A stretch of 64,000 bases of DNA from contig JBBRNJ010000036.1 in assembly GCA_038230375.1 (NCBI GenBank), positions 18,555-82,554 of the forward strand, given 5' to 3'. Source of the stretch: Polyangiales bacterium (GTDB lineage Bacteria; Myxococcota_A; Polyangia; Polyangiales; Polyangiaceae). Under the pieces are notes generated by a model. It had not been told where the DNA came from, made no database searches, and worked only from the letters and a program-made list of their open reading frames with translations. Of this stretch, positions 38,801 through 46,421 are shown piece by piece; within the stretch, counting starts at the first letter, position 1; each line of letters begins with the position of its first letter. Position numbers and translations under genes: made by a program.

Positions 38801-39047
38801 TGCGAGCGTGAAGTGGCTGCGTCCCGTCCTCATGACCACGCTCGTCGCGCTCTTCGGCTTGCTGCCCGCGGCGCTGTCGACCGGCATCGGCTCGGAGACC
38901 CAGAAGCCGCTCGCCGTCGTCGTCATCGGCGGCGCAATCGTGCTCGCGGTCGTCGCGCGCCTCGTGCAGCCTCCGCTGCTCGTTCTCATCCACGGGTTCC
39001 GCGAGCGCCGGGGCCTCCAGAGCGTCATCCCGCCGCGACTGCGGTAG
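35814..39047 (+). CDS. CusA/CzcA-family heavy-metal RND permease
   Basis: DIEAYP, SQSLFGLSDV, GAVDFGIVVDSTVIMME, EFMPKLEEG, GRPDDGTD, LRPVLMT, GSETQKPLA. ATGA overlap with the adaptor. Confidence 0.95.
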   Translation: MIERLVAWALRAPILVFFLAVGLIGAGAWSYKELDIEAYPNPVPPLVEILALPDGMSSEDVERYVTVPLEIGLSGMPGLDHVRSQSLFGLSDVKCYFKWGTTYEQARQEVLNRLNIVKLPEGVEAGVSPWNAIGEVFRYELKGPGFSLRELKTAQDWILERQFKQVPGVIDVVSFGGQTKQYHINVDPFRLRGYGVNLEQLMNAVSDANQNVGGQRLTLGEQAYTIRGVGLVRNVHDIEAIVIAARAGVPIRVRDVAQVELGGAPRLGIVGHDGNDDIVQGTVLMRYGGQTAKTLKGIHERVEFIKKNHLLPTGMDIAPYYDRGNLVELTTHTVIENVVVGMVLVTIILVLFLGHARAALITALNIPLALLVAFAGMVATGTPANLISIGAVDFGIVVDSTVIMMESIFHFLGPHGRGTIQERILAGARQVARPMAFATLIIGVAFLPLFTMTGVSGVIFSPMAHTYAFAIGGAIILALTLTPAITSKALSIGTEEQDSFATRQVKKLYTPIFKLGVKRPWIALGIGLVPVVGGLGLFTALGGEFMPKLEEGNLWIRASMETSVSLEQSGRYVGRMRAILRGCPPAPTECTDQNRAHPEVVTVISQLGRPDDGTDVAGFQNIELFAPLKPNDQWRKGMTKERLTEELSHQLVEAFPGVGFNFSQMISDNVEEAMSGVKGENSIKIFGPEVKENERLADKTVAILEGVRGVRDLGLVRSSGQPSIKIVPDRQESSRYGLNTGNVESVIQAAIGGKGITRVYEGDRTFDLTVRWLMPYRDSVETIKELMIFAPDGTPVPLGQIAQVTIEDSPSVIFREDGTRYTPIKFSVRGRDLEGTIAEAQAKVTDKVKHDDSVHLEWGGEINELREAQHRLAFIIPATLVIIALLVYGSVRSFWNTVIVLFNIPVACAGGVLALFVTHLNFSVSAAMGFISIFGIAIQDAILVVSHFQRVRDPEKQGLSVEEHDVADQLAAQAQADPERHRSPYDPLTVEEAALDASVKWLRPVLMTTLVALFGLLPAALSTGIGSETQKPLAVVVIGGAIVLAVVARLVQPPLLVLIHGFRERRGLQSVIPPRLR

Positions 39048-39060
39048 CGCCGGTCACGGG

Positions 39061-39720
39061 TCAGCCCTTTGTCACGAGGCAGCGGTTCCAGTTGGAGCGG
39101 TCGGTCCGGGCGGTCCATTCGCCGAGATCCTTCGTGAGCTGCAGCGTGCGCGCCTGAGTGCCCACGAGCGCGTTCACCGTGAGGGTCAAAACGACGCGAT
39201 TCTCGATCGCCGCGGGCCCTTGCTTCGGCTGGACCTCCGCATGAATCGACACGCTCACCAGGTGGAGCTCGCGGTCCACGACCACCGTCTGCGGCGCACC
39301 GAGCGCCGACTTGCCGTGACTCGTGAAGTGCACGCGGGAGAAATGAAAGTTGCCGGCAATGTTTGCGTCTGTGGCGTTCCGGCACTCGAGGAAGTGGCTC
39401 GTGCTCGTCTGGTCGAGCGTGCACGCGCCAGGATCGAGCTCGAGGTGCAACGCAGCATCCAGTACCTGGAGCGGCTGCTCACCCGGCTCCTGGAACGCGC
39501 GCATCAGCCTGTCGCCTGCCTCCGCGAGGTCGACGCGCGTCGTCTGGATGTAGCGGTCGTGCGGGTCCGTGAGGATCTGGAAATGCTCCCCCTGCTCGAG
39601 CGTGTCGCAGATGAGCGTGCTGTCCGGCCTTGTGGCGCCGCGGGCCTGGGCGGTGCTCGTGGATGACTGGGTGAGGGTGGCTGCGCAAGCGATGGCGAGG
39701 GCAAGAGTGCGAATCTTCAC
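39061..39720 (-). CDS. Secreted hypothetical protein
   Basis: GTG start after GGAGAG. Signal peptide ending AQA, four Cys in the mature region. Confidence 0.65.
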   Translation of the reverse strand: MKIRTLALAIACAATLTQSSTSTAQARGATRPDSTLICDTLEQGEHFQILTDPHDRYIQTTRVDLAEAGDRLMRAFQEPGEQPLQVLDAALHLELDPGACTLDQTSTSHFLECRNATDANIAGNFHFSRVHFTSHGKSALGAPQTVVVDRELHLVSVSIHAEVQPKQGPAAIENRVVLTLTVNALVGTQARTLQLTKDLGEWTARTDRSNWNRCLVTKG

Positions 39721-39825
39721 GTGACTCTCCGTTCCGTTCGAGGTTCACCTCTGGAACGCACGAGCGACACGACCGGCGCACAGAAAGTTTCGAGTCGCGT
39801 TCTCGAACCCGAGTAAGGGTGTCGC

Positions 39826-40725
39826 GTGGCCCAAGAACCCCGTGACAGCGCGAAGCATCGGAAGGACGACCCTGCCAGCCGGGCGAAGGCGATCATTGCC
39901 TCATTGCGCGTAGGCGCACCGACCTCGGGGGAGGTCTCCGAGGCGTTCTGGGAGCTCGATAGGCTTCCGCTCGACATCGTTCGCGATGCGCTCGCTGCGT
40001 GGCTCGGTCCACTGCCCGATGCCGATCGGCTCGACAACGCCACGCGACTCCATCATGGGCTTCCTCTGCGTCCGCTGCGGCTCCGCACGCTGTCTGTCGA
40101 GTGCGACGCGGATGTCCTCGACCTCGGACCCGTCGCGGAGGAGCAGCTCCGGATCGCCGGCGCGAGCTGGGATGGTGAGGATAGGGCTGCGGAGGACCGC
40201 CTGGACGGCGAGCTCGAGGGGTCGTTCGCAGGCACGCTCGAGCGACGCGTGCTCGGGGACGTGGAGGCGTACGGGGACACACCGCTGTTCGACGTGCTGC
40301 GTTTCGCCGAGGACTCGGGCGTCGTGTTCGCCTCGGGAAGCACGCGCATCGTGGCGTGGATCGCGTACAACCGCGTCGAGATGCGCGACCGGCGCATCCG
40401 CATCGCGATCGAGGCAGCGCTCGCCGCTCCGACCGATCTCTCCGAAGACGAGCCGGTGATCGAGAAGGTCGTCGCAAAGGAGGCCGTCGCGAAGAAGGTC
40501 GTCGCAAAGGAGGCCGTCGCGAAGAAGGTCGTCGCGAAGAAGGCTGTCGCGAAGAAGGCTGTCGCGAAGAAGGCCGTCGCGAAGAAGGCTGTCGCGAAGA
40601 AGGCCGTCGCGAAGAAGGCCGTCGCAAAGAAGGCTGTCGCGAAGAAGGTCGTCGCGAAGAAGGTCGTCGCGAAGAAAGTCGTCGCGAAGAAGGCCGTCGC
40701 AAAAAAGGCTGCGAAGAAGCGGTAG
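39826..40725 (+). CDS. Hypothetical protein with histone-H1-like Lys/Ala-rich C-terminal tail
   Basis: Acidic N-terminal region of about 210 aa followed by (KKAVA/KKVVA/KEAVA) repeats. Confidence 0.75.
   Translation: MAQEPRDSAKHRKDDPASRAKAIIASLRVGAPTSGEVSEAFWELDRLPLDIVRDALAAWLGPLPDADRLDNATRLHHGLPLRPLRLRTLSVECDADVLDLGPVAEEQLRIAGASWDGEDRAAEDRLDGELEGSFAGTLERRVLGDVEAYGDTPLFDVLRFAEDSGVVFASGSTRIVAWIAYNRVEMRDRRIRIAIEAALAAPTDLSEDEPVIEKVVAKEAVAKKVVAKEAVAKKVVAKKAVAKKAVAKKAVAKKAVAKKAVAKKAVAKKAVAKKVVAKKVVAKKVVAKKAVAKKAAKKR
40462..40701 (+). repeat. 15-bp coding tandem repeat, 16 units
   Basis: Consensus AAGAAGGYYGTCGCR, encoding KK[AV]VA. Confidence 0.95.
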
Positions 40726-40733
40726 CGCTCCTC

Positions 40734-41811
40734 TCACTTCTTCTGCGCGACGAACCTCACGAGCTTGGTCGGTTGAAGCCCCCAGTCCGCGCGATCTTCG
40801 ACCACGTCGTCGCGCAGGATCTCGAAGCCGTCCTTGAACAGCGGAGCGAGCTCGCCCGTCTCGAAGCCGCTGCTGCCCACGCCGAAGGTGCTGGACTTGT
40901 GGAACACCTCCACGACGATGACTCCGCCCTTCTTGAGCGCCGTCTTGATCCTCTCGAGCATCGCGTGGTCGGTGCCGGCGTAGATCATCGTGACGAGATC
41001 CCAGCGCTCTCGCCCGAGATCCCATGTGTCCACGTCAGCCTCGACGGCGTCGATCACCACGTTCTTCTTCGCGGCGTTCTCCCGCGCGATGCGAATGCCG
41101 GTGTCCGAGATGTCAATGCCTGTGACCTTCCACCCCTGCGATGCAAGGTAGACGGTGTTGCGCCCTTGCCCCATCAAGAGGTCGAGCGCGACGCCCTTCG
41201 GCCGGCCCTTCACGGTGTCGACGAGCAACTGGTTCGGCTCCGGGTTGAAAGCGATCCCGCGACGGTACTCCTCGTTCCAGCGATCGCGGTCTGCATCCAA
41301 GCCGGCCTTCTGCCACTGCCAGTGAGCGACCTTCCAGTCCAAGCCCTCACGCACCCAGACCAGCGTGTTCCATCCGTCGAACGTCATCGGCGACCCGGCA
41401 TCGTCCATGACTAGGCTCACCACTGCCTCGCCGATGAACGTCGCGGTGCCGTGGCCAAGGTGAACCTGCTGGCTCTTCCACGTGCGCGACATGGACGCCG
41501 GCGCACGCGTGCTCTTGCGCGACGTCATCACCTTGAGCAGCGTCTCCTTGTCGTAGAACCAGCCCTGCTGGAGCTCCACGAAGGAAGCGCCGAGCTGCGC
41601 GGTGACGGCGGGGACATCGAGGCGATCATTCGCGTCCAGGAACGCGAGGCTCTTCGCCTTCACCGCAGCTTCGTCGAGATCGGGCGCGTCGGCCGTGCAC
41701 GCGACGGGCTTCGCCCCCGCGCTCGTCACCGCTCGCACCGGTTGGATTGCAGCCAAGGAAGCCTGCCGGCGCCAGCGCCAGCAGTGGAACGAGCATGAGC
41801 GAACCGCGCAT
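40734..41811 (-). pseudogene. SnoaL/DUF4440-like + class I SAM methyltransferase fusion, signal peptide apparently frameshifted
   Basis: Body ORF 40734-41756: ALDLLMGQGRNTVYLA, VTGIDIS, DRWNEEY, and an NTF2-like N-domain. The lipoprotein signal from ATG 41811 is in a different frame. Confidence 0.65.
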
Positions 41812-41850
41812 GACGCAGACCGTATCGCGAAGTTCGCGCGCGGCGCCGCG

Positions 41851-42459
41851 CTACTTGTGCGTTCCGACCCTGGTGAATGTGCAGTCGAGGACCAGATCTC
41901 CCGAGGTGTCCTTCGTCCACTTGACGACGAAGTCGGTGGTGAAGCCGTTACCGTCTGCGTTGACGACCTGCGTCCCCTTCGTCACGGCCGTGTATCCGTT
42001 GTTGTCCGTGGTGCAGTCGTAGGTCGTGGTGCACCCGTCCTGACTCACGCTGACGGCGCAGCCCGTGGTGTCCACACCACCATCGTTCGGGTAGTTGTCC
42101 GTCGACGTGTTGTTGCCGCAAAGGAACTGGTAGGTGCCGCTGGCGTCCACGTCGCCCCCGCTGACACCGGTCTGGACGACCGTGTACGCGCCGTCGTTGA
42201 TCTTCTTGCAGCTGCCAACGACAGTCCCCGCGTCCATCTTGGTCGCGCCCGCGTCCTTGGCGGGTGAGCCGCCCCCATCGTCGTTTCCGCCGCCGCTGCT
42301 GCCGTCCTTCGTCTGCGGTGACGACGAGCCGGTGTCGCTCGCGGTGGATGCGTCGGACGTATTGGTCGACCCGCTGCTCCCCGAGTCGGAGCACGCGGCA
42401 GCCACTGCGATCGTGAGGGCGGAGGAGGTGAGAATGATGGGGAGGCTGCGAAGCTTCAT
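41851..42459 (-). CDS. Lipoprotein, Ser/Gly linker + Cys-containing beta domain
   Basis: ATG 42459. Lipobox AAAC. Confidence 0.75.
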   Translation of the reverse strand: MKLRSLPIILTSSALTIAVAAACSDSGSSGSTNTSDASTASDTGSSSPQTKDGSSGGGNDDGGGSPAKDAGATKMDAGTVVGSCKKINDGAYTVVQTGVSGGDVDASGTYQFLCGNNTSTDNYPNDGGVDTTGCAVSVSQDGCTTTYDCTTDNNGYTAVTKGTQVVNADGNGFTTDFVVKWTKDTSGDLVLDCTFTRVGTHK

Positions 42460-42521
42460 GTTCCATTTGACGAAGCAGGTGCGCAGCCCATGCCGGACAT
42501 CGGCGGACATTCGTCGGAACG

Positions 42522-42549
42522 AGAATATTGAGGCGTCCTTGCGCGTCAA
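42522..42549 (-). promoter_or_regulatory. Candidate sigma-70 promoter
   Basis: Minus strand TTGACG-N16-TATTCT upstream of ATG 42459. Adjacent palindrome GACGTCG-N5-CGACGTC at 42560-42578. Confidence 0.5.
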
Positions 42550-42582
42550 AAGCGGATGGGACGTCGTTTTTCGACGTCTGGG

Positions 42583-43485
42583 TCACGGGGGCGGCGCGAT
42601 GGGCTGCGCGCTCGGCTTCGCGGCCTCACGGCGCGCAAAGAACCAGAGCCAGATGCCCAGCGCGAAACATGCAATGCACACCCATTGCGCGGGCGTGAGC
42701 GACAGGTAGCGCGCGTCGCCGCCATCCGTCTCCGGGACGCGCAGGAAATCCAGCGGGAAGCGCAGCACCGGGTAGATCAGGCAGGCGAGCACGGTGAACG
42801 TGCCAGGCATGAGCCGCTTCTTCCAGAGGAGGACAAAGCCGATCGCCATCGGGATGCACAAGAGGAGCTCCAGCAACCCCAGATCGTAGCGGGGGATGAC
42901 GCCATGATGCAGGCCGATGAGCCCGTAGTCGTCCACGGGGCCTGGGCCCGTTGCCACTGCGAAGATCGCATCACGTGTCGTCACCTTCCCGGGATGGTCG
43001 TGCACGAGCGCGCATCCGAGTCGCCCGATGCACCACGCGATCGGCAGCGACGAACACATGAGATCGCTCACCATGAGCCCCGGGCCTTCGGGCACTGCCT
43101 TCCAGCCGACCTTGTGGAGCGTGACCGGGCCGAGCTTCTTCCACGGGACGAACTCGAACCACTTCCAGTAGAAGCCCGCCGCGACGCCGCCGATGAAGCC
43201 GCCGTACGAGCTCATGTGCTCCCAGAAGAAGAGGAGCATCCATGGCTTCTCCACCACCTCGTGCGGGTAGTAGGTCACCTCGTCGAACACGTGGCCAAGG
43301 ATGAAGCCCCAGCACACGATCCATCTCGTGAACGACACGAGCTTCTTGTGATCCCAGCCGTAGAACCGCGCGCGTCGCTTTGCGAGCTCCCATCCGACGT
43401 ACACCGAGAGGCCGACGCACGGCCCGAACGGATTGATCGGGACCGGTCCAACTCGCCACGTGTAGAACTCGACGTACGGGATCAT
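42583..43485 (-). CDS. lgt: Prolipoprotein diacylglyceryl transferase family protein (divergent Lgt)
   Basis: Multi-TM. MSSYGGFIGG, IGRLGCALVHDHPG, RYDLGLLE, YPVLRFPLDFLR, LTPAQW. Confidence 0.8.
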   Translation of the reverse strand: MIPYVEFYTWRVGPVPINPFGPCVGLSVYVGWELAKRRARFYGWDHKKLVSFTRWIVCWGFILGHVFDEVTYYPHEVVEKPWMLLFFWEHMSSYGGFIGGVAAGFYWKWFEFVPWKKLGPVTLHKVGWKAVPEGPGLMVSDLMCSSLPIAWCIGRLGCALVHDHPGKVTTRDAIFAVATGPGPVDDYGLIGLHHGVIPRYDLGLLELLLCIPMAIGFVLLWKKRLMPGTFTVLACLIYPVLRFPLDFLRVPETDGGDARYLSLTPAQWVCIACFALGIWLWFFARREAAKPSAQPIAPPP

Positions 43486-43533
43486 CGCGCCCGCTCTGTC
43501 CTAGCGCCTCACAGACGAAGGTGAAAGCTCAAG

Positions 43534-44214
43534 TCACTTGCAGGCGCCGGAGACGCAGGTCGTGCTGCCGTGGCACTGCGCGCTGGTGTGACAGCCGGGG
43601 ACGCAGCTGCCGGACGAGCAGATCTTCCCCGAGCCGTCATTGCCCGGGTTGCAGTCGCCGTCACCGTGGCACGTCGCGCCACCACCACCACCACCACCAC
43701 CACCACCGCCGCCGCCACCACCGCCACTAGATCCATCGCACGGCCCCAGCGGCAGGGTCGTCTTCACGACGGTGACGTTGTAGCGGCCTGGGTGGTCGCG
43801 GAGATCGCTGTAGCCAAGGCCGCCGACGTTGCCGAAGAGGTGACTCGTGACCGCGGGTGAGGTGTCGAGCACTGCGATGCCCGCGCGGGTTTCGACGAAG
43901 GTGGCGGGGCCTGCGTCGTCCGTCCGCGCGACCACACACTTGCCGCTCGCCGTCGTGATCTTCAGGTGTACGCCGCAGCCGTATCGTTGCGATGACGCCA
44001 CGAACCACGGCTGGTCGTTGCGCGAGTTCTGGTTCGTACACGCGAGCGGCTGATAGTCGCCCGGGCCGCCGAACGTCGTGACGCCATACGTCGTGTGTAT
44101 CACCGAGCTGAGGTCCTCGGTCGTGGCGGCAGTGTCCTCTTCGGTGGACGCCGCGCAGGCGATCGAAACGATGGGGAGCAGGAGAGCGGAGAGAGTCTTG
44201 ATGGTGCGGAGCAT
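43534..44214 (-). CDS. Lipoprotein with RlpA/expansin-like double-psi beta-barrel domain, poly-Gly linker and Cys-rich tail
   Basis: Lipobox SIAC. CGVHLKIT..GKCVVARTDDAGP...LDTSP resembles DPBB motifs. Confidence 0.65.
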   Translation of the reverse strand: MLRTIKTLSALLLPIVSIACAASTEEDTAATTEDLSSVIHTTYGVTTFGGPGDYQPLACTNQNSRNDQPWFVASSQRYGCGVHLKITTASGKCVVARTDDAGPATFVETRAGIAVLDTSPAVTSHLFGNVGGLGYSDLRDHPGRYNVTVVKTTLPLGPCDGSSGGGGGGGGGGGGGGGGATCHGDGDCNPGNDGSGKICSSGSCVPGCHTSAQCHGSTTCVSGACK

Positions 44215-44302
44215 GTTGGTCTTAGCCTCGTGGTGTTGTCGTGCCGTTGCCAACGTTCTACGGCGAAGCGGCGGACACGCTACGGACACCCGATGCCAAC
44301 TT

Positions 44303-44334
44303 GGGGACGCAGGGTTAACCCACCCTGGGTCCCC
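44303..44334. other. Intergenic hairpin
   Basis: GGGGAC-G-CAGGGT / ACCCTG-G-GTCCCC with a 6-nt loop, just 3' of the 44353 stop. No U-tract. Confidence 0.5.
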
Positions 44335-44352
44335 GTTGAGCCAGCCGCTCGC

Positions 44353-46212
44353 TCAGTGGAGACACCGCGACGGCGTGTCGTCCGCAACGATCCCGTAGTT
44401 TCGCCCCATCCAGTACGCCTCCAGATAGTCGTGCCCGGGGTACGTCTGCGTCGCGCGGTCCGTGTCCTGCGCATTCCAGGGATTGGTGTGCCACGTGAGG
44501 AACGCAACCGCGCGGTCGCCGATCTCCGCCGCATCGGTCGCACAGCCGCCGTTCTTCGCGACACGCACGCGGGGAGGCGCAGGGAAGTTCTGGATCTGCC
44601 TCATCGCGTCGCTCCGCGGCGTCCCCGTGAGCGCCGCGGGCTCCATGGCGCCAAGCTCGAACGCGAACAGGCTCTGCTTCTGATTGGACGCATCTGGCCA
44701 CATCTTGTTGTCGATGACGTTCGCGAACAGAGACTTCTTGATGGCGGGTGACTGCTCCAGGAGTCCCCACGTGTACGCCGCGGTCCACGCGAGCCCGAGC
44801 CCGAAGTAGGACGTCGTGCACGAGTGCTGCGTCGTGCCCACGGGGGACGCGACCGTTATCCAGTCGTTGGCGTTGCCCCACTCATCCGCGTTCGTCTCGT
44901 GAAACGCCTTCAGCGCAGCACGATCCGCGGCGTACGAGGGCACGCCCTCGCTCACGTGCAGCGCGGCCTGGATGATCCCGCCAACCATCAACGCGCTGGA
45001 GCTGCGCGGGATGTCGGGCAGGCTGGAGAGCGCCGCGAACTTCCGGAAGAAGAGCGCCGGATTCGGCATGAAATCGCGGCCGCCGCGCACCTGTCCGTTG
45101 GTCTTGTCCGAGAGGTTGATCTGGATCTCGACGGCCCCGTCCACCATGTCGAGCTTCTCGGGAATGAAGAAGCGGACCTCCTTCTGCTCCACCTGACCCT
45201 TGACGCCGTTGAGCACGAGGCGCGTTGGCAGCATTCGCTTCTTCACCATCTCCTTCGCCCACGTCATGACATCCGCACGAATGAGCTCGCGCCGATCCTC
45301 GTCGAAGCTCCCGAGCGCGTCGTACGCTGCGACCAGACCGAGCAGCGGACCCATGTACATGTCGCGGCTCGGCTGACCCACGTAGTCGTAGTGCTTGCCC
45401 GCGTAGACCACGTCGCAGTGGCGGTCGAAGTCGGCGCAGTTCCAGCCCGTCCATGTTCGAAGGTTCGCGTCGCCGGCCGGGAACACGCTGGTCGCCATCA
45501 TGGCGGGATCACCGCTGACACCGAACAGCACGTGGAACAGGTCGACGAGCTCGTGCACGTTCTTGCGCGCTGCGGGCGCCCCAGTCGCGAGGAGACGGTT
45601 CGCTTCCCCCGCGAGGTAGATGCCCGTGTGTAGCGCGGAGTCACCGATGTACACGCCGTTCACGGTCGTTCGCGCGCTGTCCTTGTAGCTGGCGTACACG
45701 ATCTGACCGTGGAACAGGCTTGCGGTGTCCGTTCGGATCCACTTCTCGAACGCACGTGCCCGATCGTGGGTCTTCGTGAGGTCCACCGCGACGCCGCTGC
45801 CGCTCGTCATGTCGTAGAGCGTGCACTTCGCCTCGCCGAGCTCACACGCGTCCGAGCAGCCGCCAGCGGCGCACTTGCCACGGACGCACCCTTGACCCGC
45901 GGGGCACTTGGCGCGCGTCCACACGGCGCCCGCGCCAGACATTGCGCAGCTCGCGTGCTCGTTCCAGTCCGTGCACACGTCGTCGCCGCACGCGCCAGGG
46001 TTGCCGGCCTCCGCGGTGGCTCCGTCCTTGTTTGACGGCCCCGCGCTACCGTCCACGCCGCTGCTCCCGACCGCAGGACCACCCGCCGCGGACGCATCCG
46101 CGTCGTCGCCCCTCCGGTCACTGGCGCCGCATGCGAAGACAAGGAGGCCTACGAGCGCCCCGCCGAACAACCCACTTGCCCGCGACAGCCGCACACCAAG
46201 ATTGGACTTCAT
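44353..46212 (-). CDS. Large lipoprotein: Cys-rich N-terminus + helical putative catalytic domain
   Basis: Lipobox VFAC. GDSALHTGIYL, PSRDMYMG, GHDYLEAYWMGR motifs. Function not recognised. Confidence 0.7.
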   Translation of the reverse strand: MKSNLGVRLSRASGLFGGALVGLLVFACGASDRRGDDADASAAGGPAVGSSGVDGSAGPSNKDGATAEAGNPGACGDDVCTDWNEHASCAMSGAGAVWTRAKCPAGQGCVRGKCAAGGCSDACELGEAKCTLYDMTSGSGVAVDLTKTHDRARAFEKWIRTDTASLFHGQIVYASYKDSARTTVNGVYIGDSALHTGIYLAGEANRLLATGAPAARKNVHELVDLFHVLFGVSGDPAMMATSVFPAGDANLRTWTGWNCADFDRHCDVVYAGKHYDYVGQPSRDMYMGPLLGLVAAYDALGSFDEDRRELIRADVMTWAKEMVKKRMLPTRLVLNGVKGQVEQKEVRFFIPEKLDMVDGAVEIQINLSDKTNGQVRGGRDFMPNPALFFRKFAALSSLPDIPRSSSALMVGGIIQAALHVSEGVPSYAADRAALKAFHETNADEWGNANDWITVASPVGTTQHSCTTSYFGLGLAWTAAYTWGLLEQSPAIKKSLFANVIDNKMWPDASNQKQSLFAFELGAMEPAALTGTPRSDAMRQIQNFPAPPRVRVAKNGGCATDAAEIGDRAVAFLTWHTNPWNAQDTDRATQTYPGHDYLEAYWMGRNYGIVADDTPSRCLH

Positions 46213-46421
46213 GGCCGGGCACGTTCGTCGTGGACGTCGTCCATGTAAAGGACAGCACCCGTCAAACTTGGGGCAATTCGCGCCTGGTTGCTCCGTCTCG
46301 ATGTCGCTCGCGAAGACTCCCCTGGTTCCCGTGAGGACCAGGGGTGGTGGCGCGTCGTGGACGGATTTCGGCGCGCCCTGTCCGTGGCGCGATCGTCGTT
46401 GCTTCCTATTGTCACGTCATC

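Noticed and set aside
35901..38993. 1030-aa antisense ORF, and similar long shadows (2199-4289, 12504-14504, 53862-55670)
   Set aside because: They lie opposite clearly recognisable genes. Long stop-free antisense frames are expected with high GC3, and they carry no motifs.
40462..40701. Repeat arrays as CRISPR
   Set aside because: Contiguous 15-bp (and 6-bp at 9856) units with no unique spacers, and no cas genes in the window.
43521..43730. Poly-His ORF (HHHHHHHHH)
   Set aside because: Antisense reading of the GGT/GGC poly-Gly linker of the 43534-44214 lipoprotein.
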